Both the position numbers and the translations under genes were made by a program. Source: an uncultured Planctomycetota bacterium (GTDB taxonomy: Bacteria; Planctomycetota; Planctomycetia; Isosphaerales; Isosphaeraceae). From it: a stretch of DNA of 64,000 bases. How positions within the stretch are numbered: the stretch's first letter is position 1; each line of letters starts with the position of its first letter. The notes beneath the pieces are model-generated. The model did no database searches and was not told the origin of the DNA. It worked only from the letters and a program-made list of their open reading frames with translations. Below are positions 20,589 through 30,663 of this stretch, in pieces. The stretch is from contig CAWGMQ010000011.1 of NCBI GenBank assembly GCA_963823665.1, positions 960,001 through 1,024,000 on the forward strand, written 5' to 3'.

Positions 20589-22292
20589 TTGAATTCGATT
20601 CCGAGAATCGCACAACGACTGACGCGCTCGACCATCGTCCGGCATGGCGCACGAGCAGGTCTGCTTTTGGCGATCGCCGCGGCGCTCGTCTTGTGGCAAA
20701 CCCGCCACACGGAATCCAGCTTCGCCGACGGACTGCGCTATATCCATCAGGCCGAGCGGATCGAAGCCGGCTCGTGGCGTGACGTCGCCGTGCAAGGCAC
20801 CGACCATCCTCTTCATCCGCTTTTGATCGCGGCGATGCACCGGCTTAGCGGCGGCGAGGGCCCTGCCTCGTGGCAAAGAGCCGCGCTCTGGTTGTCGTTC
20901 TCGTGCACGGTTCTGCTTGTCATCCCGACGTACTTGCTTTCCGCTGAGCTTTTTGGCGAGGGCGCGGCGTGGCTCGCGTGCTTGCTGGCAATGATCAATC
21001 CGCTCGCCGGCTACATGGTCGTGAATCTCCTTTCGGAGAGCACGTTCTTGGTTCCGTGGACCTTTGGACTCTGGGCGGCGATTCGCTTTCTGCGGGAGGG
21101 CGGGCTCCCCTGGCTGCTGGTGGCGACCGGTTGTGGAGTCGCGGCCTATTTCACCCGCCCGGAGGGGCTGCTCCTGGCGGTTGCGCTCTTCATGACGCTG
21201 CTGGCGACGCCTCTCTTTCGTGCCGGCCGGCTACCACGGCGGCGCTCCTGGCCGGCCATCGCCTGCGTGGTGATTGGCGTGCTGGTTCTGGCGGGTCCTT
21301 ATATCGCCATGCGGGGAGGGCTGGGAACGAAGCCGGGGATCGCGCGCGTGCTGGCGATGGCGCCGCAGTCGAGCCCGTATGCCCTCGAGCGTGAGAAGCC
21401 GCTCGCGGCCGATGAACCGGTTCTTCACACCTATCAGCTTGCGATCGTCCGGATGCTCAAGATCTTGCGCGCCGCGGTGACGCCGGTTTTATTCCCGTTC
21501 GCCTTGCTCGGGCTGCTGCAGTTGTGTTTGCGGAAAGAGGGTGCGAAAGCGGCCGTGTTCCTGGCGATCGTGCTCGGGGCTTCGGCGATCGCGCTCGCGC
21601 GTCTGCATGCCACGGGGGGATACGGTGTGACCCGACACGGATCCGTGCCCGGCATCGTCTTGACGATCGCGGCCGCGGGCGCGCTTGCTTCCCTGGGGTC
21701 GAGGATTCGCGTCCTGGGCCGATGGCTCGGGCTGGAAGGAAAGCGCGTGGGGATCGCCGCAGCGGCCGGGTCTGCGCTCATCGGGGGTCTGGCGCTCATC
21801 GTCAATTTCCGCGGTCCGGAATTCGAGAATCCGAACCCCTTTGCGGTCTATTACGCGACGGCCGCCTGGTTGGCGGACCACGCGAGAGGCCCGGAGCGGG
21901 TGCTTGATATGACCGATTGGTCGCTCTATCTCAGTCGGCGCACGGGTTACCATTTCGCCGACGTGCACCGGGCCCCGGCCGACCCGGCGACGCGATGGGT
22001 CGTCGTGCGTGAGCCACATGTCGAGGGGCGCTGGCACTACACGGAGGTTATTCGTGAGCTGATCGGGGGTCGTGAGCCGGTCGCCCTGATTCCGGCGAGA
22101 CCGGCGCCCGGCCAGCTACAGATCCGGATCTACGACCGACGTCAGGAATCCGTCCCATTCGTCGATCGAACTGCTGAATCGTCCAGTGATGGAGCACCAA
22201 AGCAACACCCGCGGCGACCAGAAGCCAGATCGTCGCGTACGGAAACGCAAATTCCGCTGGCCCAAAGTATGGACCAGGGAAGCGGGTCATGA
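20589..22292 (+). CDS. GT-C membrane glycosyltransferase (paralog)
   Basis: ADGLRYIHQA, DHPLHPL, LSESTF and YFTRPEG motifs; multiple TM segments. Confidence 0.78.
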   Translation: MNSIPRIAQRLTRSTIVRHGARAGLLLAIAAALVLWQTRHTESSFADGLRYIHQAERIEAGSWRDVAVQGTDHPLHPLLIAAMHRLSGGEGPASWQRAALWLSFSCTVLLVIPTYLLSAELFGEGAAWLACLLAMINPLAGYMVVNLLSESTFLVPWTFGLWAAIRFLREGGLPWLLVATGCGVAAYFTRPEGLLLAVALFMTLLATPLFRAGRLPRRRSWPAIACVVIGVLVLAGPYIAMRGGLGTKPGIARVLAMAPQSSPYALEREKPLAADEPVLHTYQLAIVRMLKILRAAVTPVLFPFALLGLLQLCLRKEGAKAAVFLAIVLGASAIALARLHATGGYGVTRHGSVPGIVLTIAAAGALASLGSRIRVLGRWLGLEGKRVGIAAAAGSALIGGLALIVNFRGPEFENPNPFAVYYATAAWLADHARGPERVLDMTDWSLYLSRRTGYHFADVHRAPADPATRWVVVREPHVEGRWHYTEVIRELIGGREPVALIPARPAPGQLQIRIYDRRQESVPFVDRTAESSSDGAPKQHPRRPEARSSRTETQIPLAQSMDQGSGS

Positions 22293-23839
22293 TGACCGCG
22301 ATTGGCGCCGCGATCGGGCTGGCCAGGGCGAGCCCCGCGGCCAGTGGGCGATTGAGTGGGAGGAACGCCATCTCGGCGACGGTCGGCACGATCAATGCGA
22401 CCGCTACGTAGAATAACACCGTCCATGAGACCGCATGGGCTGGCTTGCTGCAGCGAGTTGCCAGCAGCACTCCCAGGCTTACGAATGCCGCTGTGTAGAG
22501 AAGAACTTGAGCGAGAACAAGGGGAACGGTGGCCAGTTGAGTCAACCCGTTCAAGGGCGCGCGCTCGAGGCTTGGCGATGCCGGCGCGTCGCTCTGTACG
22601 AGAAGGCTCGCGAGGACGGGAAACAGTACGACAGGCAAAATGGAGCGATAGACGGCCCACCACTTTCCGTTCACGATCGTGGTGGCCGGCAGCGGCGTCG
22701 CGAGGAGCAAGTCGACGCCTTCCCGCCCGGCATTCTTTTCTTCGGACCAGACGAGACTGGCCTGAATGGCCAGAGCGAGGGCACCGAGTCCGAGCTCGTA
22801 ACCGGCGACGGGCGCGAGGACGGGCTGCACACTGGCGGAGACCCAGTATGCACGTGCACCCTCAACTGTGGCGACGGCCGCGCCGAGGACATAGAGCAGC
22901 CAGAACGCCTGCAAGCCGAAGGACCGCGAACCGCGCCGCCACTCGCGCCAGAGCACGGGATTGCCATCAAGCGAGGGTCGCGGCCACCAGGCGGGGCGCC
23001 AACTTGTGGCCTGCCGCAGGGCCTCAAGTGCTCGCGGCGGCTTTCGCGATTGCGTGTTGTCGCGGGCCAGGATCGAGCGGCGGAACGTGGCTGCGGCGAT
23101 CTCGAGCAGAGCGATCGTGACGCAGGCTGTTCCCGCGGCAAAGATCGCGGCTTGTTCGATCGTCGGCCGGCGCGGCTGCGCCGGGCCAGATCAGCAAGAG
23201 CGGGTTGGCGATGGAGACCCATCGCGCGGGAGGGACTGCTGTGGCGGCCAGGAGCATTGTTCCGTAGAGCCAGGCTCCGGAGGCGGCATACGTGCCGAAT
23301 GCCGCCGAGAGAGGTCGCCTCGACCAGAGCGAGAACGCGACAGCCAGGGCCACGCAGACCGACATAGAGCCAAGAATGGTTACGACGACGATGCCCATCT
23401 GGGCCGGGTCGAGACCCCACCACTCAACCAGGAACGCGAAGAAGGGGAGCATGCACAGCAAGAGGAAGCTGCCGGGAATCATGCAGGCCGCAAACGATTG
23501 CCAGATGATTTCCCGGGGCGTGAGGCGTGTGACGAGCACGAGCGGCAGCATGTACTTACCGCGTCGCCGGCTGAATGTGCCCAGAGCAGGAATCGGCGCG
23601 ACGAGAAACGCAGTGAGAATACCGATGCCGGCGATCAGGCCCGAGTAAGACTTCACTGCGAGATCATGAGCGTAACCCGAAGAAAGCCCCAAGTTGCGAA
23701 ACTGGGAAAACACTTGTTGTGTTAATGCGAGGTAGACTCCGAGGATCACGATTAACAGACCACGAACTGCGTACGAGCCCCTTCGCCCCGCCCCGCGGCG
23801 CGTCTCGGCTCGAAAAACAGGGCCGGGTTCCAGGGGCAT
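22048..23839 (-). CDS. planctomycete-type ABC transporter permease (frameshift near 23000)
   Basis: GPVFRAETRR..RR.SY..R N-terminus; NP.LWRE-like second half; DLLLATPL..IVNGKW; many TM segments. Confidence 0.7.
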
Positions 23840-23961
23840 GATCGCGCCTCCGGTGACAATTGTCGCACCTTTTCCTGGTCTGGGCCATGCGCGAGCGTCG
23901 CCAGCTTGCAAGCTGGCTCGGTTCCGCGCAATTCCTCAGAAGGAGAGCAATCAGCCGCTGG

Positions 23962-24387
23962 TCAGGCCGTCGGCTCCCGGATCGACCCCATCGCGACAAG
24001 CAGTTCGCGTTCCTTCACGCGTTGCGGGTGGTTCAAGCGAAGTAGCCGCACGGTGGCGCGGCCGGTGGCGCTCAGAGGCTCGATGCGGCCATCAGCGAGT
24101 CGGAAATGGTCTGACCAGCGATCTCGGCGCGGATTGAATAATGGCTCAATGGAATCGGTCTGCTCGTCAATCGAAGCCAGATCAGTTCCCTTCCGCGCGT
24201 TGCAGATGGTGCAGGCGAGCGCCAGGTTCGCGGACACGGACGTGCCGCCGTGCTTCTCGGCGATGATGTGGTCGATCGTGTGGAACGCCCACGTCATCGT
24301 TTCCGGAATCAGGCAATACTCACAGCAATCGCGGGCTCATTCGCGGACCTGACGGCGCAGCGAGCTCGGGATATGCGTGACGCTCAC
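23962..24387 (-). pseudogene. HNH endonuclease with in-frame stop
   Basis: VSVTHIPSSLRRQVRE*ARDCCEYC...DHIIAEKHGG...NLALACTICN..KG; TGA at 24337..24339. Confidence 0.85.
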
Positions 24388-24393
24388 GTCATC

Positions 24394-24743
24394 TCAGCCC
24401 TGATTCTGTCGCCGGAGAGCCTGGACTTTGGCCATTCGGACGAGGTGCTCGATGTACTCGTAATGCTCCCATTCCTTGCGCTCGCCGGCCGAAAGGCCAT
24501 CGGCATGCATCTTATCGCTCAAAACCTCAATTCGAGCCTGCAACTGGGCGGAAGGCCTGAGAGCTACGACTTCGTCGGGCGACGGCAGGCGCGCCAACGT
24601 CTCGAGCAAATCGGCCAGACCGGCGTACCCCGGCGGATTCGAGAGCCATTCCCTTAACCCAAGCTCGAGGATCTCAGGCAGCCTATCTTCAACCGCGCGA
24701 AGCGCGTCGCGAGGTCATCCGGAATTGTTAGCGTGAGATCCAC
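24394..24743 (-). CDS. HNH-associated antitoxin-like protein (frameshift near 24700)
   Basis: RBS GGAGG and GTG start; VDLTLTIPDDLA..LPEILELGLRE..LARLPSPDEVVALRPS..EHLVRMAK; directly upstream of the HNH gene. Confidence 0.65.
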
Positions 24744-25021
24744 CGTTTGTTCCTCCAGCGCTTGGCGATCAACCGTCTGTATTCTAGCACTTCAGCTCGA
24801 GAGCGAACATGCTTTCGCGCAAGCCGTGCAAAAGGTGGCAGCCGCAATCGGCAACGCGCGCGTCTTGTGCTCAATCCGGGCTTGAACTACGATCACATCT
24901 TCCGCCGCGCCATGACCGCAGAGCGGAGCCTCTCATTCACACGGCCGACCGTAGGTTCACTCGCTACATCAATGCAAATCGCGGCCGCCAATCGACTTCG
25001 TCACCCGGTCAGGAAATCGCC

Positions 25022-26455
25022 ATGGAATACGACATTGTGATCGCCAACGGGACCGTGGTCAGCTCGGACGGTGAATCTCGCGCCGACGTTGCGATTCGCG
25101 GCGAGAAGATTGCGGCTGTGGGGCCGGGTCTTCTCAAGGGGGCGTCATCGCGAACCAAGGTGGTGGACGCCTCCGGGCGTCTGGTGATACCGGGCGGGGT
25201 TGACGTGCACGTTCATCTCGAGCTTCCGTTTTGCGGAACGGTCTCGAGCGACGACTGGAACACGGGCACCCGTGCCGCGGCGCGCGGCGGGGTGACGACC
25301 GTCATCGATTTTGCCATCCCGTACGGCAAGGAGTCGCTCGAGGACGCGTATGACAACTGGCTGGCGAGAGCCAAGCCCAAGGCATGCGTCGATTATTGCT
25401 TTCACATGGCGATCACCAACTGGGACCGGCACGGCCCGGAGATGGAAAAGATGGTCGCAATGGGCTGCCCGACATTCAAGGAATTCATGATCTATGCATC
25501 CGAGGGCTGGCAGTCCGACGATCGGGCGATCTACAACACGCTCGAGCGGTGCAAGGACCTGGGTGGAATGCTGCTGGTCCACGCCGAATCGAGCCGCGTG
25601 CTCGACGAGTTGATCGCCCGCCACCACACGCCGAACGAGATGCGGAGCTACGGGGCACGGCTGCACGCGATGACCCGGCCCAACTTCATCGAGGCCGAGG
25701 CGATCCAGCGGGCGATCACCTGGGCGGAAGTCACCGGCGGCCGGCTTTATATCGTTCACATGTCGACTGCTCAAGGGGCCGATCACGTGAAGGCCGCCCA
25801 GGCGCGCGGGGTCGATGTGTATGCCGAGACCTGCGCCCAGTATCTGGTGCTCGACGACTCGGTATTCGCCAGGGAGGACGGTCATCATTACGCGTGCTGC
25901 CCGCAGGTCAAGAAGAAGAGCGACCAGGCGCGTCTCTGGAAGGGGCTGCACGACGGCGAGGTGTCGGTTGTATCGACAGATACGTGCACATTCTCACGTG
26001 CTCAGAAGGCGCGATGGGAAGGCGATTGGACCAAGATTCCGATGGGGCTGCCGGGGCTCGAGACTCTGTTGCCGATTGTCTACACGCACGGCGTGCTCGA
26101 ACGGCGCTTGACCCCGTCGGAATTCGTCGCCAAGTGCTGCACCAACCCGGCCAGGCTGATGGGTCTCTTTCCGCAGAAAGGGACGCTGAGCGCGGGGAGC
26201 GACGCCGACATCGCGATCATCGACCCGACCAGGAAGATCGAAGTCGATTGCTCCAAGATGGAAACCAACGCCGACTGGAGCCCGTATCAGGGCTGGCCGC
26301 TCGCGGGATTTGCAGAAACAACCTTTAGCCGCGGCCGGAAGATCGTCGAAGAGTACAACTTCATCGGCGAGAGCGGCTGGGGCCGCTGGCTGCCGCGGGA
26401 GCGTGCGGGCTCGCTCGAAGGCGTCAGAGGGCCGGCTCTCGCGCAACGGGCATGA
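25022..26455 (+). CDS. hydA: dihydropyrimidinase
   Basis: PGGVDVHVH, GGVTTVIDF, YIVHMS, ETCAQYL and STDTC motifs; adjacent to preT and preA. Confidence 0.92.
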   Translation: MEYDIVIANGTVVSSDGESRADVAIRGEKIAAVGPGLLKGASSRTKVVDASGRLVIPGGVDVHVHLELPFCGTVSSDDWNTGTRAAARGGVTTVIDFAIPYGKESLEDAYDNWLARAKPKACVDYCFHMAITNWDRHGPEMEKMVAMGCPTFKEFMIYASEGWQSDDRAIYNTLERCKDLGGMLLVHAESSRVLDELIARHHTPNEMRSYGARLHAMTRPNFIEAEAIQRAITWAEVTGGRLYIVHMSTAQGADHVKAAQARGVDVYAETCAQYLVLDDSVFAREDGHHYACCPQVKKKSDQARLWKGLHDGEVSVVSTDTCTFSRAQKARWEGDWTKIPMGLPGLETLLPIVYTHGVLERRLTPSEFVAKCCTNPARLMGLFPQKGTLSAGSDADIAIIDPTRKIEVDCSKMETNADWSPYQGWPLAGFAETTFSRGRKIVEEYNFIGESGWGRWLPRERAGSLEGVRGPALAQRA

Positions 26456-26504
26456 CGATCGCGGAAAGTCGCCGTTCGACTCGAGCGTCTCGAAGGGAGC
26501 CGCC

Positions 26505-27845
26505 ATGTTCCGGTCTGGTGAGAAGTATTCATCCGAACGTTTGAAAGAACGATTTGCCGATGTTCCACCGCCGCTCTCGCTGGATGAAGCGCGGGTGGAG
26601 GCCGCGCGGTGTCTCTATTGCTTTGACGCCCCGTGCACGCGGGCTTGCCCGACGCACATCGACGTTCCAGGTTTCATTCGCCAGATACTCCACCACGATG
26701 AGCTGTCGGCGGCACGCACGATTCTCGATGCCAATGTCTTCGGTGGAAGCTGTGCGCGGGCCTGCCCGACCGAGGTGCTCTGCGAGGGGGCCTGTGTCGA
26801 CCGGATGCTCATGAAGAGCCCGGTGCAGATCGGCCGACTTCAGCGCCATGCCTGTGATGCAGCGGGCGAGCGCGGCTTCGCGTTTTTCGAGGCAGGCTCA
26901 GCCACGGGCAGGCGGGTGGCCATCGTCGGCTCGGGGCCGGCGGGTCTTTCCTGTGCTTTTTCATTGCGGCGCATGGGTCACGCCGTGACGGTGTTCGAGG
27001 CGCGCGGCGTGCCCGGCGGGCTTGATACGCTGGGGATCGCGGCATACAAGATCTCGACCGATTTCGCTCTTGCGGAAATCGCGATGATTCGCAAGATCGG
27101 TATCGATATCGAATTCAACCATCGCGTCGCCGCGGCCGAATTGCCGGCACTGCTCGAAACGTATGATGCCGTGTTCCTTGGTATCGGCCTGGGCAGGACG
27201 ATGCCGCTAGAGATCGAGGGAGAAGAGCTGGAAGGTGTCTGGGAGTCGCTTGACTTCATCTTTCAAACCCACACGAAGCCGCTCGAGGATTGCAGTGTCG
27301 GAGCGAGCGTGGTGGTGATCGGTGCGGGCAACACGGCGATTGACGTGGCGACTATCTCGAAGAGGCTGGGGGCCGAGACGGTGACGATCGCATACCGCCG
27401 CTCCGAGTTGCTCTTGCCTGCCTTTGCATATGAGTATGAGCTGGCCAAGAGTGATGGCGTGCGGTTCGAGTGGTGCGTGCAGCCTTTGCGCATCCTGGGC
27501 GAGGGCGGGCGAGCCACCGGCGTTCTCTTCCAGAAGACGGAGCTCGGCGAACCGGCGGCGCGGACGGGCCCTGTGAGAGGAATTCCGGGGTCCGAATTCG
27601 TGATTCCCGCAGACATGGTGGTGAAGGCGCTCGGCCAGGAGCACCTGCTTGACCTGGTGGCGGCCTTAGCCGGCTTGCAATCAAGGAATGGCGCCGTTGT
27701 GGTTGACGGCGCGACCTTGATGACGAGCATTCCGGGCCTCTTCGCCGGCGGCGACTGCCTGCGGAGCGGCGGCGAAATCGTCGACGCCGTGCAGGACGGC
27801 AAGATCGCTGCGAAGGGAATTGATACCAGGCTCAGGACACGATAG
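26505..27845 (+). CDS. preT: dihydropyrimidine dehydrogenase subunit (FAD/NAD, Fe-S)
   Basis: RCLYCFDAPCTRACPTHID, CARACPTEVLCEGAC, GSGPAGL and GAGNTAID motifs. Confidence 0.9.
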   Translation: MFRSGEKYSSERLKERFADVPPPLSLDEARVEAARCLYCFDAPCTRACPTHIDVPGFIRQILHHDELSAARTILDANVFGGSCARACPTEVLCEGACVDRMLMKSPVQIGRLQRHACDAAGERGFAFFEAGSATGRRVAIVGSGPAGLSCAFSLRRMGHAVTVFEARGVPGGLDTLGIAAYKISTDFALAEIAMIRKIGIDIEFNHRVAAAELPALLETYDAVFLGIGLGRTMPLEIEGEELEGVWESLDFIFQTHTKPLEDCSVGASVVVIGAGNTAIDVATISKRLGAETVTIAYRRSELLLPAFAYEYELAKSDGVRFEWCVQPLRILGEGGRATGVLFQKTELGEPAARTGPVRGIPGSEFVIPADMVVKALGQEHLLDLVAALAGLQSRNGAVVVDGATLMTSIPGLFAGGDCLRSGGEIVDAVQDGKIAAKGIDTRLRTR

Positions 27846-27870
27846 AGAACTCGACGGAGCGCATTCGACC

Positions 27871-29250
27871 ATGCCCGACCTATCGATCGAATTCTGCGGC
27901 GTGAAGGCGCCGAACCCATTCTGGCTGGCCTCGGCTCCGCCGACCAATTCCGAATATCAGGTGCGCCGCGCGTTCGACTCCGGCTGGGGCGGCGCGGTTT
28001 GGAAGACGATCGCCGGCGAGCCGATCGTCAATGTCTCGTCGCGATATGGAGCGATCGATTACGACGGGCGAAAAGTGATGGGGCTCAACAATATCGAGTT
28101 GATCACCGATCGTCCGCTGGACGTGAATCTCCGGGAAATTGCCCGGGTGAAGAAGGCGCATCCCGATCGGGCGCTGTTCGTCTCGCTGATGGTGGAATCG
28201 AATCGGGAAGCCTGGCACGAGATCACCAAGCAAACGCAGGACACCGGCGCCGACGGCATCGAGCTCAACTTCGGCTGCCCGCACGGGATGAGCGAGCGCG
28301 GGATGGGCTCGGCGGTGGGCCAGGTTCCCGACTATGCCTGCATGATCACAGAATGGGTGAAAGAAGTCGCGACGATACCCGTGATGGTGAAGCTCACGCC
28401 CAATGTGAGTGACGTGGCGGCGATCGGGCGCGCGGCGGTGCGCGGCGGTGCCGATGCTCTTTCGCTGATCAACACGATCAATTCGATCATGGGCATCGAC
28501 CTGGAAACGCTGGCGCCCAAGCCGGCGGTGCGCGGCCACGGGAGCCACGGGGGCTATTGCGGGCCGGCGGTCAAGCCGATCGCGCTCAACATGGTGGCCG
28601 CAGTGGCGGCAGACCATGATATCCGGGTGCCGATCAGCGGCATCGGCGGCATCCAGGCTTGGCAGGACGCCGTAGAATTTTTGCTGCTGGGGGCAAGCTC
28701 GGTGCAGGTGTGCACCGCGGTCATGCACTACGGGTTCCGGATCGTGGAGCAGCTCCGGAGCGGGCTGGAGAACTGGATGAACGAGAAGGGCTATCGCTCG
28801 ATCCGCGAGTTCAGCGGCCTTTCGGTGCCGAGAATCAAGTCGTGGGGCGAGCTCGATCTTAACTACAAGATCGTCGCACAGATCGACCAGGAGAAATGCA
28901 TTCACTGCGGACTCTGCTACATCGCCTGTGAAGACGGCTGCCACCAATCGATCCGCTGGGACAGAACGCCCACTGCGGAATTCCTCGCGAACGGTCACAA
29001 GAATGCTGGAACAACGATCTCAGGCGGCCACCAGGTCGTGCCGGGCTCTGGCGGCGACGTGGTGAACATGTTCAAGATAGATGAGAACACCTGCGTTGGT
29101 TGTAACATGTGCAGTCTCGTTTGTCCGGTCGATCGCTGCATCACGATGCGCGAGGTCGACACGGGGCTGGCGCCCTTGAGCTGGAACCAGTACCAGCTCA
29201 GGCTGGCCCGGGGCGAGATCGACCCGATCGAGCCGCCGCAACATGCGTGA
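27871..29250 (+). CDS. preA: NAD-dependent dihydropyrimidine dehydrogenase subunit
   Basis: NPFWLASAPPT, GLNNIELI, ELNFGCPHGMSERGMG and KLTPN motifs; two 4Fe-4S motifs. Confidence 0.95.
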   Translation: MPDLSIEFCGVKAPNPFWLASAPPTNSEYQVRRAFDSGWGGAVWKTIAGEPIVNVSSRYGAIDYDGRKVMGLNNIELITDRPLDVNLREIARVKKAHPDRALFVSLMVESNREAWHEITKQTQDTGADGIELNFGCPHGMSERGMGSAVGQVPDYACMITEWVKEVATIPVMVKLTPNVSDVAAIGRAAVRGGADALSLINTINSIMGIDLETLAPKPAVRGHGSHGGYCGPAVKPIALNMVAAVAADHDIRVPISGIGGIQAWQDAVEFLLLGASSVQVCTAVMHYGFRIVEQLRSGLENWMNEKGYRSIREFSGLSVPRIKSWGELDLNYKIVAQIDQEKCIHCGLCYIACEDGCHQSIRWDRTPTAEFLANGHKNAGTTISGGHQVVPGSGGDVVNMFKIDENTCVGCNMCSLVCPVDRCITMREVDTGLAPLSWNQYQLRLARGEIDPIEPPQHA

Positions 29251-29259
29251 GGGGCGCGC

Positions 29260-30645
29260 TTACTTCCGCCGCGATACCACGCTCAGCACTTCATCGAGAC
29301 AGTCAACGAGGAAATCCGCATCGTCGCACGTCACGCACATGGGGGGCTTGATCCGGAGCGTGTTGCCGGCCAGGCCGCCTTTGCCGACCAGGAGGCCGCG
29401 TTCCTTGCAAAGCTCGAGCAGATCGGCCGTTTCTGTTGTGGCGGGCTCTTTCGAACGACGGTCGCGGACGAGCTCGACGCCCAGCATGAGGCCCATGCCG
29501 CGCACCTCGCCGATTGAGGGCTGGCGATCTTGCAGCGCGAGCAGGCGCTCTTTGAGGTGGGTGCCGACGCGCAGTGCGTTCTCCTGGATTCCCTCGCTCT
29601 CGATCACCTCGAGCGTTGCCAGCCCCTGGGTCATCGAGATCGGGTTGCCGCCGAATGTGTTGAAATGAATGCGATTCTTCATGACGCGGGCGATCTCGGG
29701 CCGCGTGGTGCAGGCTCCCAGTGGCGCGCCGTTGCCGAAGCCCTTGGCCATCGTGACCAGGTCGGGAGTGACGCCCCAGTTCTCGAAGCCCCAGTACTTC
29801 GTTCCGGTGCGGCCGAAGCCGGTCTGCACTTCGTCGGCGATGCAGAGCCCGCCGTGGGCCCGGACGATGTCGTAGACAATCTGAAAATACTCAGGCGGAG
29901 GTGTGACGACGCCGCCGACGCCCTGGATGGGCTCGGCGATGAAGCAGGCGACCTCGCCGGGCGTCTCGTAGCGGATCAGGTCCAGCACGTCGCGGGCGCA
30001 CTTCACGTCGCAGCTCGGATACTCGAGCCCGTAAGGACAGCGATAACAATAGCCGGGTGTCGCGTGCTTCACTCCGATCGTCGGGTTCGACTTGAATTTC
30101 CAGGTGCCGTGAGCGGTCAAACCCATGGCGGCCTGGGTGCCGCCGTGGTAGCCGTTGCGCAGGCTGATCACGTCGACATTGCCCGTGAACTCGCGCGAAG
30201 AGAGAATCGCAATCTCGGTTGCCTCGCTGCCGGAGTTCGTGAAATAGCTGACCGAAAGCCCACTCCTGGCGGGCATGACCCCGGCGAGCTTTTGCCCGAG
30301 CTCGGCGACGGCGGGGTGCAGATAGATGGTCGTGGTGTGCTGGAGCCGGCCAACTTGCTCGCGCACTTTTTCGACGATTTGTGGATGGCAATGACCGACG
30401 GAGACCGTCACGATGCCGGCAAAGGCATCGAGATACTGCTTGCCCGTTTCGTCCCAGACGTACTGCATGTGGCCGTCGACGAGCATCAAGGGCTCGCGGT
30501 AGTAAGTGAGCAGGCCCGGCGTCAGATACTCTCGTCGCAGCGCGAGCACTTCCTCTCGCGGCGGGCCGGTGTAAGGGGGCGGGGAGTGAGACGAGGCCGG
30601 CAGCGGCACCGCCGTCGCGCTCGTCCTGGATTCTGTCACAGCCAT
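29260..30645 (-). CDS. class-III PLP aminotransferase (AGXT2-like, probable beta-alanine aminotransferase)
   Basis: YLDAFAGIVTVSVGHCHP, NSGSEA, ADEVQTGFGRTG, TMAKG and NTFGGNP motifs; pathway context. Confidence 0.85.
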   Translation of the reverse strand: MAVTESRTSATAVPLPASSHSPPPYTGPPREEVLALRREYLTPGLLTYYREPLMLVDGHMQYVWDETGKQYLDAFAGIVTVSVGHCHPQIVEKVREQVGRLQHTTTIYLHPAVAELGQKLAGVMPARSGLSVSYFTNSGSEATEIAILSSREFTGNVDVISLRNGYHGGTQAAMGLTAHGTWKFKSNPTIGVKHATPGYCYRCPYGLEYPSCDVKCARDVLDLIRYETPGEVACFIAEPIQGVGGVVTPPPEYFQIVYDIVRAHGGLCIADEVQTGFGRTGTKYWGFENWGVTPDLVTMAKGFGNGAPLGACTTRPEIARVMKNRIHFNTFGGNPISMTQGLATLEVIESEGIQENALRVGTHLKERLLALQDRQPSIGEVRGMGLMLGVELVRDRRSKEPATTETADLLELCKERGLLVGKGGLAGNTLRIKPPMCVTCDDADFLVDCLDEVLSVVSRRK

Positions 30646-30663
30646 TTCGTCACCCTCGTCATT

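Noticed and set aside
24337..24339. Selenocysteine or readthrough at the HNH TGA
   Set aside because: The position fits Arg, not Cys; a CGA to TGA change is simpler.
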